Origin: Trichoplax adhaerens
Lineage: Eukaryota; Animalia; Placozoa
Assembly: GCF_000150275.1 (NCBI RefSeq)
Contig: NW_002060944.1
Span: 9,076,159 to 9,140,158, forward strand
DNA: 64,000 nucleotides
Direction: 5' to 3'
Shown: positions 41,801 to 52,505 of the stretch, one piece after another
How positions within the stretch are numbered: position 1 is the stretch's first letter
Layout: the number at the start of each line of letters is the position of its first letter
Translations under genes and position numbers: made by a program
The notes under the pieces: generated by a model
The model's database searches: none
What the model saw: only the letters and a program-made list of their open reading frames with translations
What the model was told of the DNA's origin: nothing

Positions 41801-41804
41801 TTGA
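35802..41804 (+). CDS. CEP70: Centrosomal protein of 70 kDa (multi-exon coiled-coil protein; 5' exons uncertain)
   Basis: Exon 37010-37115 QWNSINRSLRHHGLQPIS; exon from 37655 LRNNLSSLMDDCDRRQALIQELI; exon from about 41000 [31 protein letters not shown]; last exons YDKFFPIFEAMVEQLFIIL and DIMQIVPAVRRIKLQV*, all matching recalled CEP70 blocks. The first exon (CCACCATGGATTCTGATCAG|GT, 35802-35816) is tentative and extra exons may lie in 35817-37009. Confidence 0.85.
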
Positions 41805-42879
41805 CCGAGATTCATTTATTATACATCTGAATCTATCTTCCGGAAGGATAAAAATGTGATTGCACCGAGGCAAATTAACGTAGTAGAATGGCCAGATACA
41901 TTTTAAACAATTTAAAATTGACTATATGAAAATAATGGAGCTTGAATCAACATGCAATAGAAACTTTCGATTATAGTATGGCACAACCGCCCTTGCTTGC
42001 TACCAACCGACATTATTCACTAAAGATACTTTTAATAAATAATTAGCATTAAAGGGAAGTAAATTCATTACATGAAGGGATAATATCCATGACTCAATGA
42101 CTGATGATTGCTAGCGGCAACGGTAGTAAAATTACAATCACGTATCGCATTATTTACTTAGATTTATATGATAAATCAGAATTTTTAAATGAAGATATTT
42201 ATTATGAGTTTCGAAGGCTTTTTCTTACTTTCCTGTATGTTTCACTAATATAATATATTAACTTCTTACGCTACGTAAAGTTACCCATAGCGTGATAGAG
42301 TTTCGTAATACATCTGAATTGCGACACCCTGATTCATCACTTAAAATCTCTATCTCTCTCTGTATATATACATATATACAAGTATGACAGGCGAATAAAT
42401 GCCACTAATGCTGCTGTGAACGTTTAATATTTAAAGTAGTAAATATTTGCTATTACTTCATATAATATTGTGTAATGGAAGCAAAACAATAGTGTCTGCA
42501 ATAAATCACTATCTACCTCTATCATAAACTATTTTACAATAAGAGACTTTTTTATTTATATTCTTAATAATTAAAAGGACATTTTGCAAGTACGGGATAA
42601 TAGTTCGTTTCTATTAATTTTATTTTATCACAGCTGGTTCCGTCTGTAACTATCCGTATGATTACAATTATAGTTATCCAATTTCTTTAGTTGATTGCTT
42701 AGCATTGTTTTCTATCACTCACTCAATATAACTGGCTTGTTGATAGCGACAAGATATGTCTGCGTTCAGGTGAATTTAATGACAAGTTTGGCCAAATACC
42801 TGAATATGATAACAATAATGCCGCAGTTCGTCTATAGCACAAAAGGCTGGTCATAATTAGGGATGAGAAATTCATAGTT

Positions 42880-43148
42880 GCTACTTATCTCTGCTGCACT
42901 GCGTGATACCATTCTTTATCGTTGCCTAATGTTCTATACTAAATCATTTTTAATTATAAATGTTCTCTGTCTGTCGTCATGAAAATAATTGGCAAAACCG
43001 CTAACTCATAGTCGTTACTTACCGCCTCTGCACAACTTGACACTATTCTTGGTCATTGCTTAATGTGCTATACCAAATCATTTTTAATTGTAACTAACCT
43101 CTGTGTATAGCTGTGAAAATAAATTGACGAAAATCACTATTTGCATAT
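42880..43148. repeat. About 134 bp diverged tandem duplication
   Basis: TTGC.TAATGT.CTATAC.AAATCATTTTTAATT.TAA and TGAAAATAA occur twice at about 134 bp spacing. Confidence 0.75.
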
Positions 43149-45661
43149 GGCTAAGTACGACAATAACAATAACTGATGGGTTAGTTGGCTATAAACTCTT
43201 GCAATACTGTAAACGATTAATTCTCTGAAGGACAGCCTCTTATTAGTTGATTAGTCCGTAAAATGTTTAATAGTGGGCTTTACCTAATTTTTGGCAATAT
43301 TTAGAAAAGAAGCGATCAAATTAGTCATTGCAGCTACGCAAGGAAACACTGCTGGAAGCCAATAATCTGTTAAATTGTGTAAATAGTTAAACATTATTAC
43401 CTGGTTTACCGGCTGATCTTATCTTACAATGCTTTGAATCAAGTATAAGTAAATGATGATACATAAATTATTACCTCTTTCCCATCAGTACTAATTAAGG
43501 GCGGTGATAGCCGCTAGTTATTAAGCAATGCAGCTATGATTGAAATCAAATGAATTGGTTTATTTAAATTTAAAGGCTTCCAATTTTTGCAACACATCAT
43601 TATTCTGTTTAATAATTGATAGTTGTTAGTTAGTCCTTAATTTGTCTATTCATCTTTTAGAACAACTGTATCACTAAGCTATAGATTATTATTAAGAATT
43701 GAATAATTCATGGTTTAGCATATTAAATCGCTGGGAAATTGCCGCCGAAATAAAGCTTGTGCAGTAAATTGTATTCTACTAATCCAGTATCATGTCCTAT
43801 GTATGTAACTATACGCGTAAGAATAATTACATGCAATTACATAGTAGTGTGTATCACCAAGGTATCAGTAATGAAATTGCAACGACTTATTAAGTGCGAG
43901 ATGAAGTATCAGCAAGTGCAGGTTATCCACGGTACTCTAAGTAAAATATTTTGTATGTACAGTAAATATAAAAGCATTATATACATATATATATATATAT
44001 GTATGATGGACAAGCTAATTAAGGTAGTCTTACCCATTAATTAGCACTAATAACTGTTTTAACTGGTTGATATCCAGCCAGTTAGCTAACTAATTGATTA
44101 CTCTACTTGGATTCCCAAATTCATGCTACGCGTAACAATGTTTTAGTCATTTGTGAGAAATTAACTCTTACTAGCAATGAAAAAGTGCCCACATTGAAGA
44201 CTAAAGTATAGCGTTATATCCTCTGGTTGATTCATTTGCTTGGGAACGCCGTCGATGAGCCTACCGGTAGATTGCTTCAAGAGATTTGTACAGCTTTTAG
44301 TAATGAAAGATATTATCATACTTTTATGAGTCCATGATGCATCAGATAATAATTTATAATCTCATTGATCGCAGACTACAAACTGTGCAACCAAATTACC
44401 ACAGTATATTATTCTGTGAAATGATACACTGATTAACTTGCATCTCTTCAATTCCGAAGGCTGATGCACTTTACCTAGCTAATACTGAATCATGCATTAT
44501 CCTAAACATGAAGGCGTCGTACGAACGATTTTTATTGCACCGTGATTTTCAGAACTGTAATCATATCATTGAATTTGACACTTAGCATTTTTACTGAAAC
44601 ATTTTAAAGTTTTTAACTAAGGCGTATTAGCCAGGTAGAGGTGTAAGTCTAAGGTTAAGAATGATCTTATGAGCGGCTATTTTATGAATTAATTTTAATA
44701 ACCACCTCCATTGCAGTACACAATAGGCTTCTACTCGTGATTTTTAGCAATTGTGTCAATTTCATCATTTGTAATAAATTGACTCATGAGATATTTGCCA
44801 TATATCCACTATACATAACGGTACCGATATCATCAAAGAACTAAGGTTATTAACGATAAAACGAATCGTGTATTAACTTGCTCGCCAGGAGTCGCTAGTA
44901 TCTATTTTTCGCTAATTTCCTTCTTGGCCTTAAATCAGCTGGTTATTTTTTTTTAAATATTATCGTCTTGTACACTTATGTTAGCCATGTTCAGTACATC
45001 GTATAGTATCAGAAATGATGAACCCAATTGAAAGAATTAAGCGCCACCTACAGGCTACAGTTGCAGCTGTTGTTTATCGCTATGGTAACATTGGGAAAAA
45101 GGAATCGCACGCCATTGTCCATCTCTACTAGTAATGGGTTCTACAAATAACTATTGTAATGATGATAGTGAGTACTGTATAATAATAATCAACTATTGTA
45201 ATTCAATGCATACTGTACTATTCATATCAGCGTTTCTGGGAAAAGGATCTTAATTAGAAGGTCAGAATCTGAATAAGCATGCATGATCACCTTCTCGAAC
45301 TCGCTTGGATAGTATATAGTCTTTCGTCTTCATTATTATTATGATCCCATTTCTGACTTGAGTACGATAGAGTCATATAGAAATTAGAAATATCAAAGGA
45401 AAATACATCAAATAACAAAAAATATTGTCTATAACCCTACTATAACCGTATCATCAGACGTCAATATGATGTTTAGTTGCATCATAGTTTAACTTTATTA
45501 GTAATTGGAAATAAAGTATTACGAAATTTGAAAATGGAGCTAGCCGCCCTTGCCTTCATTGAGTTGAGAGAAACCGGTTTGGCCGGTTTAATTATCACAC
45601 TGTGCGCAGTCTGCTAGACTGACGATATCAACATTCCTTTGTCCGAGTTTTCTTTCATGGC

Positions 45662-46020
45662 TTACTGTACTGTACTTTACAGCATACAGTAGTACTGTAT
45701 ACTGTATACTGTACTGTAGAAAAGCGCGTACTCAACTAATGGAGTGGATCTTCTATAGTGTTATACAGTATACTGTACAGTACTGTATATGCATAGTCCT
45801 ATACTGTCTATACAGTACAGTGTGCATCAAAGTATTTTATCGCTTTGAAAAGCATCAACCAGTGATCTTAATAAGTAAATACTGATTAAATCATTCCATT
45901 ATAGCTTTACTGTATTTTTAAAGAAAAATATTGCCCGAAAGTGACAAAATGTTATGATACAGTACACCCTGTACTTTGCCATAGTCATCTAATACTGTGT
46001 ACTGTATACTGGATACTGTG
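45662..46020. repeat. (ACAGT/ACTGT)-rich tract upstream of the SLC34 gene
   Basis: TACTGTACTGTAC, TACTGTATACTGTATACTGTACTGTA, TACAGTATACTGTACAGTACTGTA. Confidence 0.75.
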
Positions 46021-46045
46021 AAGCGGCAATTTGGATCCTTCATTC

Positions 46046-46370
46046 CACGTGAACGTGACGTCACGACGCCCGTTATCATCAAATGGGTTCCACGCGCTCG
46101 ACTGGTAGTCTTGATGGTTAGTCTAATAACCTTAAATTAATAATAACTTAACCAGAAATGGACAATGGTGCTAATATTGGAGATCCTAGAAGGTCAATCA
46201 AATCCTTTACATACCGTACTATACTGTACCTACTAAGTACCGTACGGGTCCATACTGTACGCCTAGTAAATTAAATTGTCTAATTAGGAAAAAGTGCGTG
46301 CATTGCATTATACTGTACTGTAATTTGCTGTCCACGTGGTGCGGTGGCCTGATGAATCAACCCTTATAAA
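46046..46370 (+). promoter_or_regulatory. Putative SLC34 promoter: E-boxes, CRE and TATA box
   Basis: CACGTG 46046-46051, AACGTG 46052-46057, TGACGTCA 46056-46063, CACGCG 46091-46096, CCACGTGG 46332-46339, TATAAA 46365-46370; ATG at 46532. Confidence 0.6.
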
Positions 46371-46531
46371 TTGCTGGAATTTATTCAATTCACTTGCATT
46401 CATTGCAGCGTATGCTCGAGTTTTGCCTTGACCAAAAAGTAAAATTGTCTGTGCGCTTTTAGCCGTCCTTCAGATCAATTTTGGACTTTTTCAACTTTTC
46501 TGAATCCTGCAACCGCTACATCAAGACACAA

Positions 46532-49500
46532 ATGGGAGTAAAGAGTGAAAGAAACGGCAGCGTTAATGCAACCAAGAAGCTTGAATTGAGCGACATCGAA
46601 ATGAATAGCAATGTAGGTTAAATTTTCGATCAAAGGCCATACAATTGCCTTTTTTCTTTTTACTTTACTGCAGTACTAGCGATTGAGCGCGAAGTTAGTA
46701 GTGCTTTTCACAGTTGATTCATCTCTATGACATAAGATGACCAGTTTATTCTGCTACTTTCATCCTCTGTAATCTTTCGATAACATAGAAACTATTTTGA
46801 CTTATCTTGTCGTGTAGGAAAAGCAACTTTCAGAAAAAGAAAAGTATTTTCAAGATGAGCAAAGTGAAGACTACGATCCTTGGCGCGCTCCTGAGCTCGT
46901 CGATAATTCACCGGCTTGGTCAGGTAAAAAGATGTAGAATTGTATAGCAAATATAGTACTATCACAAGAATAATTTTATAAGCGTCAATTGGGGATAAAT
47001 GCTAGAAGATAACGCTACTTTTAGACTTAAGTGAAGCGCCATTGCTTAGTTGACACAGAAGAAAAAATCAAATTCGTTGTATTTGCCAACTTTCGTTTTT
47101 TATTAATTAAAAAGTACCACATAGCATTCACTATGAACTTAGCGGACCGTTTGTCGCCTGCCCACTCGTGAATTAAATATTCACTTTACTTCACGGGTGA
47201 CGTTGCAGCGTATGAATTTTGAATGATCTCTTGTATGTTCTTAGTGACGCTAGTATTAAAAAGTAAGAAGTATTGCTGTACTGTACAGTGGACAGTCATA
47301 CGTGCGGTACAGAACAGTAATTTAATATTCGGGTGTTGTGCGGATGTGGACATTTCATAGACAGTACAGTGCTGTACAATGGTAACAGTTAATTAATTAA
47401 TTCTACTGTATACAGTATTGTACTGTACCGAAGTAGTAGTAGTAGTAGTAGTAGTACTATAGTAAAACACTAGTTGTGAATTTTGACGCCGCTACAGTAC
47501 AGACAGACATTTTTACGCGCGTAAAATATCTCATTCAAGATGCCCTCAGATCATTTATTTCTACACAGTAATTTTAACGCAGACAACCTAGACAAGCAAC
47601 CTATATTAGCATTATGCTTTTGGTACTACTACGAGACGTATTACATAAGTAATCAGGAAGACAAATACAACAGTTCATTAGTAAACCGTCGTCTACTTTT
47701 TTAAGATATCCAAGAACAATACCCCACCATAAAATTTGAAATGGTTGCTATAACAACTTTCGCTCACGTCATTCTGGGTTCGGAAAAGTATCGTAGAGTA
47801 CAACATTTAGGCGCGAGTTTTTCAATTTATTTATAAAGTGTGGTAAACTTTTAAATGAAGCCAACGAATGCAATTGCCATTAGAATACAGTACAGTAGTA
47901 TAATGTGGATAATGGAATACTGTCAGATTGTACAATTGCATACTTGTTTTCGGTATCTTATGGTAATTCCGTTAACGTCAAATTTTTTTAATCACACAAT
48001 CTGGCGATAGAACTCAGCAATGTGCAAAGGATACAAAGAGTTTTGTTTTGGATTTTTCGTATCGCTGTCGTTTTGGGGTCGCTTTACCTATTCATCTGTT
48101 CTCTGAGTTTGCTGTCAGACTCTTTCAGACTTTTGGGAGGAAAGGCTGCTGGAGAAGCATTGGATTCAGAAGGAATTGTCTCAAATCCGATAGCAGGTTT
48201 GATGCTTGGCATTTTAGTTACGGTGCTGGTACAAAGCTCGTCAACCTCAACGTCTATTGTCGTAACCATGGTTGGTGCAGAAAGTAAGTTATACCTTTCT
48301 TCAAATATCGTATTGCCAGATACTTAAACAAATTTTGTATTGTATTTCAGTTCTTACAGTTAGCAACGCAATTCCTATCATCATGGGTGCAAACATAGGA
48401 ACTTCTGTTACTAATACGATTGTATCACTGGCACAATCTCCCAATCGCGACGAGTTCCGCCGTGCATTTGGTGGCGCAACGGTTCATGACATGTTCAACT
48501 GGTTAAGTGTCATAGTTTTACTACCCATAGAAATTATCACTCACTATTTATATTGGTTGTCCCTTGCTCTAACTAGCGGTATCAAAGGAGACAGTAACGC
48601 GAAGCAAGATTTATTAAAGGCTCTCACGAGTCCTTTTACTAAGCTTATAATTCAGCTTGATAAAAACGTAATTACCAACATAGCCATTGGTCAGAAGGAG
48701 TACCTCAACAAAAGCCTAATCAAATCTAGTTGTGGTTCTGTGGTACGAATTGTTCCGATGAATGTTTCATCCTTAGTTAATGTTACCAATGAAACGAGTG
48801 GGGAAACTACGCTAGAAATGGTCTATGAATCTGTGAATGTTAGCCAAGCTGCTAAGAAGCATTGTAGATTCCTCTTCGCAAATACTGGCATGAGTGATCC
48901 CGTGATAGGGATTATCCTATTAATAGCCTCCGTTGTGCTCCTGTGTGTTTGTCTAATTCTCCTTGTAAAGTGCTTGCAATCCATGATGAAGGGTCATGTC
49001 GCAAAAATTATAAAGAAAACTATCAATGCAGATTTCCCTGGTAGATGGAGTGTTTTGACGGGCTATGTGTTTATGCTTGTGGGTGCTGGAGTAACAATCA
49101 TCGTGCAGTCATCTTCCGTTTTCACGTCAACAATTACTCCTTTAGTCGGTATCGGAGTGATAGAATTAGATAGAATGTATCCGTTGACATTGGGTTCGAA
49201 TATCGGTACTACAACAACTGGTGTTCTTGCTGCTTTAGCAACAAAGACAGGATTACATAATGCTATGCAAATCGCAATATGTCACCTGTTCTTTAATATT
49301 TCTGGAATTCTGGTCTGGTATCCGATACCATTTATGCGCAGAATACCGATAAAATTGGCAAAGTTTATGGGTAACACTACTGCCAAGTACCGTTGGTTCG
49401 CTGTTGCATACTTGGTCTTTATGTTTTTTATCATCCCCGGAGCCATTCTTGGACTATCCTTAGCCGGATGGTACGTTCTATTGGCCGTTGGTGGTCCTTT

Positions 49501-49696
49501 CCTACTCTTGCTTATCTTTATAGGTATAATAAATGTATTACAAAAGCGAAAACCCAATCTCCTACCCAAAGGCCTACAGTCTTGGGACTGGGCGCCAATT
49601 TGGTTAAGATCGCTCGAACCGTACGATAGAATATTCTCTAGAATATGTTGCTATTCGAAGCGTTCTAAACCAGAAGTTGTAGCATGTGAATTTTAA
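46532..49696 (+). CDS. SLC34 family sodium-dependent phosphate cotransporter (NaPi-II, SLC34A2-like; 4 exons, about 601 aa)
   Basis: Exons 46532-46612, 46818-46923, 48011-48283, 48351-49696 (1806 nt, in frame); DPWRAPEL...WSE, two QSSS motifs (VQSSSTSTS, VQSSSVFTS), MGANIGTS, AFGGATVHDMFNW, LGSNIGTT, HLFFNISG. Confidence 0.96.
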
Positions 49697-52073
49697 GAAT
49701 GAGTGTTAAGAATTAGCACAATAAACGTTATGACACCATGTGTGAGAATTGCCTTTTTTGGTATTTAGGTTATTTATTAATTTTTATGTTGTCCAAACTT
49801 GAAACATCATATCTTATAGATAAATCGGATGATTGTTTTAATCATTTAGTTGTGATTGACATATATATATACATATAAACATATACAGTTAATTTAATTA
49901 ACTATTGATATCGATAAACTATTAAACCTTGATGTGGTTGTATACTCGGTGCGTAAATTGCTTTACTATGTTTGGTAAAGGAAACTTAGCTCGAAACCTA
50001 GCTACGTCGTAATGAAAATTTATCTTATGTTGCCAAACGTTTATTATGTTAAATATCTAGAAATCATTGTCTTGATGCCTTTTTTTTTTTAAGATATTTA
50101 ATATTGATCAGTAAATCTGAAATCAACAAAAATTTCGGTCATATGAATCGCAGTTATATCAGCATAGTTCATCGCATCAGTTCAATATAATCCCAAAATA
50201 TATATGCAGTAGCGTATATACATATATAGCGTCGGCTGCTTATAAATTGAGTAGACGACGCTGTACGTACGAAATTGCGAGATTCTCGCATACTATACTA
50301 CAATTAGAATCTATGGTCCATGAGATCAATATCTTACGGTATTTTTATACCAGTTTTGTACAATGACCGTAAGCAGTCGGTTGTCCGGAAATAATGCTTT
50401 CCAAATGCTCTTGCTTACTGAAACGATATTCAAATGTAAATTGTATTTTTTAACTTTTAGTAACAATAAAACTTTCATGCATTGTAATTCATTGTTGTGG
50501 TAATCGTGTAACAATTGCAGTGTCTTCAAGTAGACGCATAGTTCTCAAGTTACACTGCGTTCACATTATATCAGCAGGGTGGTTGCCTATACCGAATACT
50601 TATTGTAGATCAATCTGGATAAAGTTTATGTAGAATCTTTTCACATAGCTCCATGCTATTTTATACACGTATGCATTATGCCCATCTTGAATATATTAAC
50701 TTTATTAAACATACAATACTTCAGTACAGTAGTAGTGTTGATTAAATGAACATTTAAGTCATGCACTGTTCATGTGAACTTACAGTTCTGTAGTTATTAA
50801 TTATTATTAATTAAATAATATCTGAAGGCGATCTGGCCAGGCTCAAGCGACAAATACTATACTATACACTTACGTTAAAACGAGTATAAATGACCACCTT
50901 CATATAAAATTGTACAGCAAATCCTTAAGCAGTAATTATTGTAAATTTAAAGACCATACGAATAAGGCATCAAAATAGTACACTAAATGGTGTAGTAGAT
51001 CATCTACTGTAAGAGCGATTTAATAATTGAAGCCTTTTACTTCGTAATGTAAGTGTACAGTACAATACTGTAATAAAAGATTGGTTAGACCTGAATTTTC
51101 TTTTGGCATGGATGCCGTATGGTCTCCTACTGTACACTGAGTGTGCAGTATGTTGCCCATTTCTCATCTCCCCAATACAGGCCAAAGCCTAAGTAGCATC
51201 AGCAGGATATCATATACAGATTAATGTAACGAGTTATTTTTCTAATTCTGCAAAGCATATCGACGGCTGAAGCATTTAAATGTTGTAACTAGGACTAGGT
51301 TCAAAGTCTAAAATCTCTTGGTTCAGCTATCAAGCTGCGTACATACGTCTATTCAATTCGTACAACTTAGTTTGGGTAACACTAGAAAAGATCAGACAAA
51401 ATGGAGAGTAAGAAGTAGAAACTGTTAGTACTTAATTCTAGACTTCTGACGTCAGTGACTTTAATTGCATTGCACGAAAAGCTGATTCTGTGATCTGTAA
51501 TGTATGAAATTTAGAACACTTTGGAGACAGTTAACCGGCAACGTACTGTCAAATTTACAATTTTTTGTGTCAAGCAAAGGCGTAGTGCTTGGCCAATACA
51601 GTAGCTCTCGGCAATTTTGAACATTCTCACTCTGATAAGATACCGTTGAAGGTATCTTAGGGTGAAAATAATAACCTCTTACGGTATCTCGGAATGTGAA
51701 TGCTGCTGAATCCATCCAGACCACTGCACAACAGTACAAATAAATATTCGTTTACGCGTATTATTGTACTGTAATTACAAAAAAAAAATTCTACGGCGCT
51801 ATGACATCAATCTTGTCAAGACAGTTACAGTACCGGACATGTACAGTACTGTAAGTACTGCATCTCTTCAGAAAGGTCAGCTGGAATGCTACAGTACAGT
51901 ATACTGCTGTTTTGGCATAGTTTTTCTTCAAATGCACAAGTCTGGTAGATGTAGCACTGTGTCAGTAGTCATGGCTATTTTTCTTTACCGTCGAGTCATG
52001 GGCTACTCTAAAATTTGATTTCAATCCCTCGCGGGAGTGCCCTTCCCGTCGTGAATAACAAGGAAGTTGCAAA

Positions 52074-52440
52074 AAATGTACAGTACAGTACGTTTCTTCT
52101 AATGTACTGTACTGTATAGTACTATAAAACTCAGGTGTACAGTACTGTACAGTGTACAGTACAGTACTGTACTGTACAGTACGCAAGCACATTCAGTACT
52201 GCCCCTTACAGTACAGTACAGTATACTGTAGTACGTTCAGTTTGTACTGTACAGTACAGTACATTGAAAATGACCAATGAAATACTGTACAGTATTGTGT
52301 GCTGCCACCAGGTGGCGATGATCGTCACGTTTCAATACGGAACGCCTGCAGTACTACAGTACAGTACAGTACAGTACACTGTACTATGCACTCTGTGAAC
52401 TCTACAGTACTGTACTGTATACTGTACTATGGACTACTAG
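52074..52440. repeat. Dense (ACAGT)n/(ACTGT)n pentamer tract immediately upstream of SHMT
   Basis: Runs such as GTACAGTACAGTACTGTACTGTACAGTAC and TACAGTACAGTACAGTACAGTACA in both orientations. Confidence 0.9.
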
Positions 52441-52505
52441 GCCACAGTCAATAGCATTTACGGTCATTCTAACACCAAAAATTGAATGGTAAGGAACCCA
52501 GCAGA

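Noticed and set aside
48048-49629. Overlapping alternative-frame and antisense ORFs in SLC34
   Set aside because: Shadow ORFs of the real coding sequence
51461-52398. ORFs rich in YSTVQ / CTVQY
   Set aside because: Translations of the (ACAGT)n pentamer repeat
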